A DNA stretch of 32,297 bases from a virus. Taxonomy: Duplodnaviria > Caudoviricetes. The stretch covers positions 1-32,297 of IMG/VR virus record IMGVR_UViG_3300029825_000758, one strand, 5' to 3'. The notes below the pieces were generated by a model that was not told the DNA's origin, made no database searches, and saw only the letters and a list, made by a program, of their open reading frames with translations. The translations under genes and the position numbers were made by a program. Positions 16,866-25,526 of the stretch are shown one piece after another (position 1 is the first letter of the stretch; each line of letters begins with the position of its first letter).

Positions 16866-18407
16866 ATGGCAACGATCAATCAAAAAGATAAAAACGCCTT
16901 TATCGAATGGCAGGCTTATCGTGAAGCTTTAAAAAGAGCCACGACAACTGAAACAGACGAAACATTCGGCGAAAAACAAGCGCGTATCAAACGGCTTGAG
17001 TCGGATGATGAAGCCTGGTTTGCTTACTACTTTCCACATGTCTCAACCAATCCTGTAACCAATGAGGCCATACCGCCGGCGGATTTTCATATTCGGGCAA
17101 CCAAACGCGTCATGAAAGATAGAAACTGGTTCGAATGCAGATGTTGGTCTCGCTCACTTGCGAAATCGACACGCACGCGTATGGAAGTCCTGAAGCTGAT
17201 CCTTACCGGCCGGAAAAAAAACATTTTGATGATATCCAACTCTTTTGATAACGCTTGCCGGCTCATCGAACCTTATCGTGCGGAATTGGATTCAAACCAG
17301 CGCATCATTGCCGATTACGGGAAACAGCGCGGTTTTAAGAAATGGAAAACAGGCGATTTCATCACAAAGAAAGGCGTTGCCTTCCGGGCGGTCGGTGCCG
17401 ACCAGTCACCCCGTGGAGCAAACGAGAACAATATACGGCCGGATACCCTACTGTTTGATGATATTGATACGGATCAGGATTGCAAGAATCCCGACATCAT
17501 AAAAGAGCGGGTTAAATGGATATTCGGTGCCGTTATCGGAACCCGTGAAATTTATATCAAGTTGTTAATCATCGCCTGCGGAAATATTATTGCGGAATAT
17601 TGCTGCATGACGGAAATGATGAAGAAAGCCAACTATGTGGATATCGTCAATATTCGTACACACGGAGTCAGCAGTTGGGCAAAAAACAGCGAGCAGGATA
17701 TCGATGAGGCACTTGCTATTCTGCCGCATTCTACCATACAGCAGGAATATTACAATACCCCGGTGACGGAAGGCCGTATTTTCTTCAATCTCGAATACGG
17801 TACCATTCCAAAGCTTTCAACCATGGAACAGTTGATCGTTTACGGCGATCCGTCCACATCGAACAGGGAATCGCAGAACAGTTCTTTCAAGGTGGTGGCA
17901 CTCCTGGGCCGCAAAAAGGGCATTACGTACATCATAAAAGTATTTTGTAAGCAATGCGCCCAGGCAGAGTTTATCCAGGCATATTATGACATGTACACCC
18001 TTGTTTCCTCGGAAGAAGCAACCGCACAGTATTACATGGAGTGTAACAGTCTTCAGGAAGGTTTCTTCGATTCGTTTTATGATCCGGAATTTAAACGTAT
18101 CAGCCGGATGAAAGGAATACCCTTGTTTGTACAAAAAGACCAACGGGCAAAAGTTAACAAATATACGCGCATTGAAGCCACATTGCACCCGCCATATAAA
18201 CTGGGATGGCTCATCTTTAATAAAAATGAAGAAACGAACGAGCACATGAAGGAGACTGAAGGCCAGTTCAATGCCGTTTCACCCACCTACAAGGGGGCCG
18301 TGGATGCTCCGGACTGTATTGAAGGCGGGTATAAGATTTTAGATAAGAAGGGCGGAATGGCCCTGAATAAATACCGTTTTCAAAAACGGAGTTCACGCAG
18401 GTATTAA
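16866..18407 (+). CDS. Terminase large subunit
   Basis: Variant Walker A RSLAKST, Walker B LLFDD, nuclease YGDPS and C-terminal DAPD. Confidence 0.92.
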   Translation: MATINQKDKNAFIEWQAYREALKRATTTETDETFGEKQARIKRLESDDEAWFAYYFPHVSTNPVTNEAIPPADFHIRATKRVMKDRNWFECRCWSRSLAKSTRTRMEVLKLILTGRKKNILMISNSFDNACRLIEPYRAELDSNQRIIADYGKQRGFKKWKTGDFITKKGVAFRAVGADQSPRGANENNIRPDTLLFDDIDTDQDCKNPDIIKERVKWIFGAVIGTREIYIKLLIIACGNIIAEYCCMTEMMKKANYVDIVNIRTHGVSSWAKNSEQDIDEALAILPHSTIQQEYYNTPVTEGRIFFNLEYGTIPKLSTMEQLIVYGDPSTSNRESQNSSFKVVALLGRKKGITYIIKVFCKQCAQAEFIQAYYDMYTLVSSEEATAQYYMECNSLQEGFFDSFYDPEFKRISRMKGIPLFVQKDQRAKVNKYTRIEATLHPPYKLGWLIFNKNEETNEHMKETEGQFNAVSPTYKGAVDAPDCIEGGYKILDKKGGMALNKYRFQKRSSRRY

Positions 18408-18431
18408 ATAACATTTAAACAGCATTTAAGT

Positions 18432-18908
18432 ATGTTTTTGACAACAGAAGAAATGAAAGACGTCCTTTACAGCTATCAGGCAGATGAAATAGCGGAAGGG
18501 GACGAACAAATTATTGACAACGGCATTCTGGCAGCCATATCTGAAGTAAAAGCCTACTTCACCGCTTCCAATCAAAAGAAATGGAATGACGGCCGGCCCA
18601 GGTACAACATTGATAAGATATTCGGAGTGACGGGTACGGAACGCGATCCGTTCGTTCTGCGTATGTGTAAAACCGTGGCGGCATGGAATATCTGCGAACT
18701 CTCGAATGTCGATATTATCTATGATCACGTCAAAGAACGGTACGATAACGTTATCAAAACACTTGAAAAGATTGCAGGTATCGGCGACTATGACAACTCA
18801 TCGGTATTGACACCCGACCTGCCAACCATCCAACCTGGGCCGGATGAAGGTAACAGTATTCAAAAGCCTTTCCGTTACGGATCACGCGTTAAGTTCAGAC
18901 ACGAATAA
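18432..18908 (+). CDS. Head-tail adaptor (Mu gp36/DUF1320-like)
   Basis: MFLTTEEM...AISEVKAY...RYDNVIKTLEKIA pattern; lies between TerL and portal. Confidence 0.85.
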   Translation: MFLTTEEMKDVLYSYQADEIAEGDEQIIDNGILAAISEVKAYFTASNQKKWNDGRPRYNIDKIFGVTGTERDPFVLRMCKTVAAWNICELSNVDIIYDHVKERYDNVIKTLEKIAGIGDYDNSSVLTPDLPTIQPGPDEGNSIQKPFRYGSRVKFRHE

Positions 18909-18912
18909 CATT

Positions 18913-20151
18913 ATGAAAACAAAAGAAAAAAAACTCACACAGGAGCAAGTTACAGCTATTTTAAGCAGAGCGCATAGCATAGGGCTTGAAAGAGTCGAAC
19001 GCCTTTACAAAGAGAAGCAAGAACAAAGCAAAACGGCGAACCATGCACCGACGCTGGCTCCCCGAATCACACAAAAGTCAATATCGCAAACGCGGCGTGA
19101 TATACAGGACTGGAAATGGAGCAAGCAACTGGCGACTTCACCGACCGAACCTAAAGTATACCTTTTACAGGACGTATTCAATGATATCGCCGGCGACGCT
19201 TTATTATCCTCACAAATGAATAACAGGCGGGAACAAACCATTTCCGCCCCTTCAGAGATGATAACGCCTGACGATAAAAAGGATGAAAAGTTAACGAAAA
19301 TAATTCATGAAATCCCCGTGTTTACTGATGTCTTGGGGCACATATGGGACAGTGAATGGTATGGTGGCTCAGTAGTCGAGCAATCGGTTGATAAAGGCGT
19401 AAAAAAGGCGACTTTGATTAACCGACGCAATACCGTACCGGCAACCGGCCGGTTTTATCCCGACACGTCAATGAACAATTATATCGAATACCGTGATACA
19501 AAAGAGTTCGGAAAATGGATACTCGAATTCAACTCCGACCACATCGGCCTGTTGGATAAGCTTGTTCCATACGCTTTATTTAAAAAATTCGCCCTCAGTT
19601 GTTGGTCGGAGTTGTGCGAAATATACGGCATCCCGCCGCGTGTAATGAAAACAGAAACGCGCGATCCAGAAATGCTCGACAGAGCCGAAGCCATGATGCG
19701 TGACGTAGGCGCGTCCGCCTGGTTTATCATCGACAATACCGAAGACTTTGATTTCGCAAAAGGAGTTAACACGAATGGTGATGTTTTCAATAACCTGATT
19801 AATCTTTGTAATAACGAAATCAGTATGTTTGTTTCAGGAGCCGTCATCGGCCAGGATACCAAAAACGGAAATGAAAGCAAGGAAAAAATAAGCATTGCTT
19901 TATTGGACCGTCTGGTAGATGCCGATAAGCGTATGACGGAAATGTATATGAACAGCATCGTTATACCATCATGGATCCGCATCGGATGGATTCCTCCAAC
20001 AGCGTCACGTTTCCGCTTTCAAACGGTAGAAGACACTGATAAACTTTGGGCGTTTACAAAAGACTTACTACCCTACAAAGATGTAGACAATGATTTCATT
20101 GAAGAAAAATTCGGTATCAAAGTAAAAGATAAGCCGGCAAATTTTCAGTAG
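18913..20151 (+). CDS. Portal protein (Mu gp29/DUF935)
   Basis: GLLDKLVPYALFKK...WSELCEIYGIPPRV...CNNEISMFVSG motifs; start reassigned to ATG 18913. Confidence 0.92.
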   Translation: MKTKEKKLTQEQVTAILSRAHSIGLERVERLYKEKQEQSKTANHAPTLAPRITQKSISQTRRDIQDWKWSKQLATSPTEPKVYLLQDVFNDIAGDALLSSQMNNRREQTISAPSEMITPDDKKDEKLTKIIHEIPVFTDVLGHIWDSEWYGGSVVEQSVDKGVKKATLINRRNTVPATGRFYPDTSMNNYIEYRDTKEFGKWILEFNSDHIGLLDKLVPYALFKKFALSCWSELCEIYGIPPRVMKTETRDPEMLDRAEAMMRDVGASAWFIIDNTEDFDFAKGVNTNGDVFNNLINLCNNEISMFVSGAVIGQDTKNGNESKEKISIALLDRLVDADKRMTEMYMNSIVIPSWIRIGWIPPTASRFRFQTVEDTDKLWAFTKDLLPYKDVDNDFIEEKFGIKVKDKPANFQ

Positions 20152-20162
20152 GTGCACCGGCA

Positions 20163-21041
20163 GTGTCATCACCGGATAAACTGTCACTGCACAAACTCTA
20201 TGATTGTAAATGTCCTAATTGCGGAGGGCACATCGATTGTCTGTCGATTTCCGAAACAGAATATGAAGAATTGCAACGAGCCTTTAATAAAGCAGTGCGA
20301 TGGATTTTCCGTAATAAGAAAACAGCCATTGAACCCGGCGATATAGATGTCAAGTCTGTAAAACCATTATTGGAAGTAATAAATTCCATTCTACAGGATG
20401 GTTTTAACCGTGGCATCGGGCAAGATGTCCCGGATGTCATGCGCCGAAAGCTTACGGAAAATGTATATATCTTTTCCGGAGCAAAAACGTATGCCGAATT
20501 AAAAGAACTCACCGGTTTACTACTTGACAAAAACGGCAATATAAAACCTTTCAGCAAGTTTTGGAAAGATACTCAGGAACTCTATCCGGAATACAACCGT
20601 ACATACCTGGAAGCCGAATACATCTTTGCAACACAATCGGCGCAGATGGCCTCAAAATGGCAGGATATCGAACAGGATGGCGACCGGTATAACCTGCAAT
20701 ATCGGACGGCCGGTGATGACCGGGTACGCGAATCGCATCGGATGCTGCATAACATCACCCTTCCGCCATCCGATCCGTTTTGGTCGGAATACTATCCCCC
20801 TAATGGTTGGCGATGCCGGTGTACGGCCGTTCAGGTTCGAAAGTCGAAATACCCGGAATCGAATAGTGCCGATGCCATTCGCTTGGGAGCAAACGCCACC
20901 GAAGGGAATGATACGATATTCCGATTCAATCCCGGAAAGCAACAGGTTATATTTCCGGAACAACATCCTTATATAAAAACCCTTTCAAATGAAGAACGGG
21001 AAACGATTCAAAAGAATGCAAAAGCAATACAGGGAATATGA
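20163..21041 (+). CDS. Mu gpF-like minor head protein
   Basis: LQYRTAGDDRVRESH...YYPPNGWRCRC motif; start uncertain (GTG, or entry by frameshift from portal). Confidence 0.92.
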   Translation: MSSPDKLSLHKLYDCKCPNCGGHIDCLSISETEYEELQRAFNKAVRWIFRNKKTAIEPGDIDVKSVKPLLEVINSILQDGFNRGIGQDVPDVMRRKLTENVYIFSGAKTYAELKELTGLLLDKNGNIKPFSKFWKDTQELYPEYNRTYLEAEYIFATQSAQMASKWQDIEQDGDRYNLQYRTAGDDRVRESHRMLHNITLPPSDPFWSEYYPPNGWRCRCTAVQVRKSKYPESNSADAIRLGANATEGNDTIFRFNPGKQQVIFPEQHPYIKTLSNEERETIQKNAKAIQGI

Positions 21042-21607
21042 AAACGTATCATCGTTTATTTGCTCAATTGCTAAAGGATATCAAAGTGGAATTGGATGAT
21101 GAATTCGATCGAAATTTTGAGCGTAAAGCCTTTTTTTCAACTTCATGGGAATCCGCTAAACGCAACAATACGGGATCGTTGATGATTCGCACCGGGGCAC
21201 TGCGTAAATCGGTGAAATCCGAAATATCCGGGAAGAATTCCATTCAATGGACATCATCATTACCGTATGCCGACATCCATAACAGGGGCGGTAAGATTAC
21301 GGTAACGCCGAAGATGAAAGGATTTTTTTGGTACCGTTACCGACTGGCCACCGGCGAGGCAAATACATACAGCATCCGGACACGCAAAAAAGTGAATAAT
21401 GCTTCCACCCGGAGACTGAACGTTGATGCCGAGTTTTGGCGGGCGATGGCGCTCAAACCTGTCGGATCGGAAATAATTATTCCCAAACGTCAATTTATTG
21501 GCGATCATCCCGTCGTTCGGCAAAGAATTCAAAAGGTTACCGAAGAGTGGTTCCAAAACGACGTAAGAGCATTTACATACGACCAACTTAATAAATTGAT
21601 AAAATGA
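21038..21607 (+). CDS. Virion morphogenesis protein (Mu gpG-like)
   Basis: TGALRKS...PYADIHNRGG...IPKRQFIG motifs. Confidence 0.9.
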   Translation: MKTYHRLFAQLLKDIKVELDDEFDRNFERKAFFSTSWESAKRNNTGSLMIRTGALRKSVKSEISGKNSIQWTSSLPYADIHNRGGKITVTPKMKGFFWYRYRLATGEANTYSIRTRKKVNNASTRRLNVDAEFWRAMALKPVGSEIIIPKRQFIGDHPVVRQRIQKVTEEWFQNDVRAFTYDQLNKLIK

Positions 21608-22110
21608 AACAGGTTATTCAAAACATTCAGGACAAGCTAATGAATGAGGTTTCCACGTTGAAATACGTCGATCAGGATTGGGGGCAAATGGATTTTTATA
21701 CCAAGCCGCCTGTGAAGTTCCCGTGCGCGCTTATCGACATCCAGGCTGCCCAATATTCCAATATCGGAGATTTCACCCAGCAGGGGGTGATAACGGTTGT
21801 TATCCGGTTATTCGACATGAAGTTGAGCAATAGCAGCAATGGTGCACCGGATAATCAGAAAGAGAACGCGCGGAAGATTTGGAGCCTTATTGAGGACGTA
21901 AATAAAGCCCTGCACGGACAAAATTTCTTGCAGGAAGGTTACGGCCTGCCAATACGTGAACAAATGCGCAGGACGAAGCGAGACGACGGTTGTTATCAAA
22001 CTGAGCTGTATTATACTATTCAGTTCCGGGATGATACTTGCGCCGCAAGTCCGATACCGGTATCACCGGTGGCGCCGGATATAAAAACAGTAAGTATTTC
22101 GAAGTTGTAG
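21604..22110 (+). CDS. Tail terminator-like neck protein (Mu gp37-like)
   Basis: YVDQDWGQ...PVKFPCALID...VNKALHG pattern; synteny. Confidence 0.7.
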   Translation: MKQVIQNIQDKLMNEVSTLKYVDQDWGQMDFYTKPPVKFPCALIDIQAAQYSNIGDFTQQGVITVVIRLFDMKLSNSSNGAPDNQKENARKIWSLIEDVNKALHGQNFLQEGYGLPIREQMRRTKRDDGCYQTELYYTIQFRDDTCAASPIPVSPVAPDIKTVSISKL

Positions 22111-22114
22111 AAAT

Positions 22115-22142
22115 AAAAAAAGCCGTTGAATAAACGGCTTTT
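22115..22142. terminator. Bidirectional Rho-independent terminator
   Basis: AAAAGCCGTT-GAATA-AACGGCTTTT between convergent operons. Confidence 0.85.
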
Positions 22143-22185
22143 AAATTATATTTAAATGGGGCTTCCAAATTAGAAATAAATGGGA

Positions 22186-22935
22186 TTAATCCACTCTCTT
22201 TGTTTCGACGACCATATTATTTTGGATATAAAACCATGCATTTTCAGTTACAGTTCCCCCAAGCGCATTTGCACCTTTATATTTACAACGTACAATCCAA
22301 TATTTACCTGCAGGACTTACTTTAGTCCACTCGATAAATTTGACACTTGAAGCATCATGTGCATTTTCTTTGATATAGTCTTTCACAACCCGAACGGAAC
22401 CAGTGATTTCGTCTTGCTGTGGTTTTTCGCCAGCTTCTTTTTGAATATTATCTCCACTATCAAAATCATATTTTGAATCTTTACAGTAGTTTTCAATCGA
22501 ATAAAAACTCTTTTCTCCATTTTTTAGAAACTCAGACAAACAATTAGGATTTATATTTGAATAAGCCTCAACAACATTGTTTTGAGTGTATATTAATTTT
22601 AATTCACCCTTAAGTTTATTGTAGTTTATCTTCATTGGCATATCCGGATATTTGGGTGAGGAATCCCAAATCCATACGATTTCGATAACATCACAAGTGT
22701 CATTTCTAAGTTGTTTTTGGAGTTCGGTTAATTCAGTATCATTTCCAATCGAATTACCGTCTTGATTCATTTTCAACCTTCCTTTATCAATAGTTACAAC
22801 ACGCAAAGGAGGCATTTCATCTTGTGTTATCAGTGTTTCTTCTGAATCTTCTGATTTAGTATCATTTTTTGCTTGATAACAGCCCGAAAATAAAAATGCA
22901 GTAACAATAAGTAGAATAAACAGTTTAGCTTTCAT
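22186..22935 (-). CDS. Lipoprotein moron of unknown function
   Basis: Signal peptide with lipobox FSGC, then a K/D/E-rich segment; AT-rich; own promoter element. Confidence 0.8.
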   Translation of the reverse strand: MKAKLFILLIVTAFLFSGCYQAKNDTKSEDSEETLITQDEMPPLRVVTIDKGRLKMNQDGNSIGNDTELTELQKQLRNDTCDVIEIVWIWDSSPKYPDMPMKINYNKLKGELKLIYTQNNVVEAYSNINPNCLSEFLKNGEKSFYSIENYCKDSKYDFDSGDNIQKEAGEKPQQDEITGSVRVVKDYIKENAHDASSVKFIEWTKVSPAGKYWIVRCKYKGANALGGTVTENAWFYIQNNMVVETKRVD

Positions 22936-22958
22936 ATATTTATATATTTAAATTCCGG

Positions 22959-22966
22959 CAAAGTTA
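22959..22966 (-). promoter_or_regulatory. Consensus Bacteroidota -7 element for the lipoprotein gene
   Basis: TAACTTTG (TAnnTTTG) 23 nt upstream of the ATG. Confidence 0.65.
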
Positions 22967-22970
22967 ATAA

Positions 22971-23207
22971 TTATTTATTAAACAATTTCAATTGTCTCGG
23001 ATCATCTTTCAGACTTTGATTTTTGTCTTTCACATCAGTGTTCATATAACGCCAGAAAGTACGTTCGGACATCGGATATACAGGCATCACATTCCTTCTA
23101 AAAGCCTGCAACTTGCATTTGCTCTGGTTGCCCGGCTCATAGTTTTCTTCGACAATGCGCTGTACATTCTCAATGCGCTTCAGTAAATTTTCCTTTCTTG
23201 CCGTCAT
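22971..23207 (-). CDS. Small basic HTH-like protein, candidate late-gene activator
   Basis: VYPMSERTFWRYM recognition-helix-like motif; last gene of the early/middle operon (Mor/C-like position); QLKLF C-terminal motif. Confidence 0.55.
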   Translation of the reverse strand: MTARKENLLKRIENVQRIVEENYEPGNQSKCKLQAFRRNVMPVYPMSERTFWRYMNTDVKDKNQSLKDDPRQLKLFNK

Positions 23208-23213
23208 CGATAA

Positions 23214-23921
23214 CTAATATCTAATACTTTTTTGAAGATTCGTTTTTTTACCATCTGCAAAACCTTTTAAATAGGCAGATTCATGTAGCTTTGTCTGCTT
23301 TATTGGTTTTGATTTTACATTCAGCTTTTCTGAAATATAATCCTCGATCAGTTCATCATGCCTAATGGCTACTGCTGTACATTCCTGAGATCGTATTTCC
23401 TGCAATTTTACGGATAGCCCAATAGAACAGCCCAATAAATATGACGTGATATATTTACGCTTGTACTTTTCAGTCAATCTTCCACCCTTAAAATACCTTT
23501 TATCCTGTTCATATTGTTTTTTGCCATTATAGAAGTAAACAGATTGCAGAGTATTGAAGAAGTCAATGACAGCCGTTGCATTGACTTTTGTGCCAAGTAC
23601 AAAAACTTTGTAGGAACATCTGACTACCTTGCAGTAATTATACATGCACAATGTCATCAATAATCGTTCTTTCCATAACCGGCCATAAGGATTCTGAACG
23701 GAAATCAAATCACTTCTTTCTATCTCAATGGATGGTTTGCTATTATCAGTATCATCAGTATCATCAATATCCATCAATGAAAGATTATACTTTGTCAATA
23801 AATTATTCATCAATAATGCTGCGGCTTCAGACTCAGCAATAGAATTGACTTTTGCAGCACCCTCACTAAGTGCTTTCAGTTTCTTAATTTTATCCAATAT
23901 TTTCTGTGTGGCTTCCATCAT
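23214..23921 (-). CDS. DUF2786-domain protein
   Basis: KILDKIKKLKALS...ESEAAALLMNNLLTKYNLS N-terminus; AYLKGFADG C-terminus. Confidence 0.85.
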   Translation of the reverse strand: MMEATQKILDKIKKLKALSEGAAKVNSIAESEAAALLMNNLLTKYNLSLMDIDDTDDTDNSKPSIEIERSDLISVQNPYGRLWKERLLMTLCMYNYCKVVRCSYKVFVLGTKVNATAVIDFFNTLQSVYFYNGKKQYEQDKRYFKGGRLTEKYKRKYITSYLLGCSIGLSVKLQEIRSQECTAVAIRHDELIEDYISEKLNVKSKPIKQTKLHESAYLKGFADGKKTNLQKSIRY

Positions 23922-24282
23922 TATTTGCTTTATAATTAGCCTCCATTAAACAAACTTCATCATATATCTCTGTCCACATAGGTAATCCGCCCACTTGTCT
24001 ATCATCAATATAAAGATGTGCATGTACTTTACGAGCATTAGAGCCATAAATCCGGCTTTGCCCCGGCAGGTTATCATTAATCCGGTCAAAAGGAATATCC
24101 TTTTCAAGTAACCAATTAACCATTTTCGTTTGTTGTTCACCTTCCCTGCACGTCCAAATAATCAAGGTGTGTCCATCCTTTTTCAATCTTTTCATTGTTT
24201 CGATTGCATAGGGTACCGGTGATCCTATTCCGGGCCATTTGCCGGAATGCAATGTTTCATCAAAGTCTATAGCTATAATCAT
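23890..24282 (-). CDS. HAD-superfamily phosphatase-like protein
   Basis: IIAIDFDET (motif I), IIWTCR (II), RKVHAHLYIDDR (III/IV). Confidence 0.9.
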   Translation of the reverse strand: MIIAIDFDETLHSGKWPGIGSPVPYAIETMKRLKKDGHTLIIWTCREGEQQTKMVNWLLEKDIPFDRINDNLPGQSRIYGSNARKVHAHLYIDDRQVGGLPMWTEIYDEVCLMEANYKANNDGSHTENIG

Positions 24283-24566
24283 TCAGTTACGTTATTAAAT
24301 ATTGGGGATTCATATCTAAATTTTATGCCTTCCATATCTTGCCGGAATCTTCTAAAAAGTAACTTTCCCTGATATCGAAGAGTGTATATACCAACGCCGT
24401 AATGTCTCACATGTTCATATTTAGCAGCTATATCTTCGTCCTTTATATCTCCTGTGATACCGTGATACTTAATAGCCGCTTCTAAAATTTTCAACTCGTT
24501 TTTACATCTCGCATTTTCAATCAATGAAGAGAAATCTACTTCTTTTTTTGCTATACCTTTTCCCAT
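24279..24566 (-). CDS. Hypothetical protein
   Basis: Translationally coupled ORF (overlaps of 1 and 4 nt). Confidence 0.7.
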   Translation of the reverse strand: MGKGIAKKEVDFSSLIENARCKNELKILEAAIKYHGITGDIKDEDIAAKYEHVRHYGVGIYTLRYQGKLLFRRFRQDMEGIKFRYESPIFNNVTE

Positions 24567-25126
24567 TATTGTTTTCGTTTTAATTGTTTTTCTAATCTTT
24601 CGAATTGTTTTCCAATCCGTTCCGGCGTCATGTTACCGCCTTTGTCATAATTCGAATCATGAACTCGCAACGATAAATTTGCACCGGCCAAGCATCTGTC
24701 ATTGAAATAATCCCAAAACCACTTCATAACTTTTGGCATGTCCAGGGATTCGTATAATTCACCAAACTCTCCGTTTTTAGCTTTTCTAAAAATCACATGT
24801 ATGTCGGCAATCGTCATCGAATAATATCGTGATACAACTTCCTGAGCAATCGCGTCGATCTGCTTTTCCGTCAAAGGCCGCTTAAGGTTTACCAGTTCAC
24901 AGAGTTCAACCAGATAAAGCTTAATAATTGCTTCGACTTTTTGCGAACCGTGATCCTTCCTGATTACGGCAATAGATGGGAATTGTTCCTTATTCGATTC
25001 TGATAACACCAGGGCATCATCTACGTTCCTAATTTCCATCAACTGCCGGTTAAGGATATCAGGACTGTAAATCTCTAAGTAATTTTTCTTTGTAGCTATT
25101 ACTAATGCTTGATTGTCCTTTGCCAT
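24566..25126 (-). CDS. Hypothetical protein, possible helicase-loader-like (DUF6633-like)
   Basis: MTIADIHVIFRKAKNGEFGELYESLDMPKVMKWF resembles proteins found downstream of phage replication initiators. Confidence 0.55.
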   Translation of the reverse strand: MAKDNQALVIATKKNYLEIYSPDILNRQLMEIRNVDDALVLSESNKEQFPSIAVIRKDHGSQKVEAIIKLYLVELCELVNLKRPLTEKQIDAIAQEVVSRYYSMTIADIHVIFRKAKNGEFGELYESLDMPKVMKWFWDYFNDRCLAGANLSLRVHDSNYDKGGNMTPERIGKQFERLEKQLKRKQ

Positions 25127-25526
25127 TGCTTTGTTTGATGCTCGAAACTATTTCGTTAAACTTCTTATTGATTACCGGAATGCTGAAGGCGTTCTTTCGG
25201 TACCAATCCGGCAACTTTTCCAACAACAATCCAAACGTGATTACAACCATTTCATCTGTTGCCGGAAAGTTTACAATTGATTCAACTTTGGCTATAAGTT
25301 CCTTCAATGCTTTTGCATCCTGCCCGGAAAAAGAATAGGTCAATCCGGTTTCATTAGCATAAAAACGGAAAAAATGAGCCTTACATTCGTTAAAAATGCT
25401 CTCTTTTTTCTCCTTTGATGCCGGCACGTATTCCACGCCTAAAGAGGTAGCAAGCGCGGAGCGTAATTGCTCCTTGCTTGCTTTGGAATTATTCAATATC
25501 CGGCACATCTCTTCATAATCCATCAT
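25059..25526 (-). CDS. Hypothetical protein, resembles a replication-initiator C-terminal domain
   Basis: DWYRKNAFSIPVINKKFNEIV helical motif; overlaps the next gene. Confidence 0.5.
   Translation of the reverse strand: MMDYEEMCRILNNSKASKEQLRSALATSLGVEYVPASKEKKESIFNECKAHFFRFYANETGLTYSFSGQDAKALKELIAKVESIVNFPATDEMVVITFGLLLEKLPDWYRKNAFSIPVINKKFNEIVSSIKQSNGKGQSSISNSYKEKLLRDLQS

Noticed and set aside
17140-17175. TerL Walker A reading AKST rather than GKST as a sign of inactivation
   Set aside because: The rest of the gene is intact, and I recall this variant in related terminases
20152-20346. 64-aa ORF directly after the portal stop (possible TAG read-through)
   Set aside because: Overlaps gpF out of frame and has no protein-like features; a -1 shift into gpF explains the junction better
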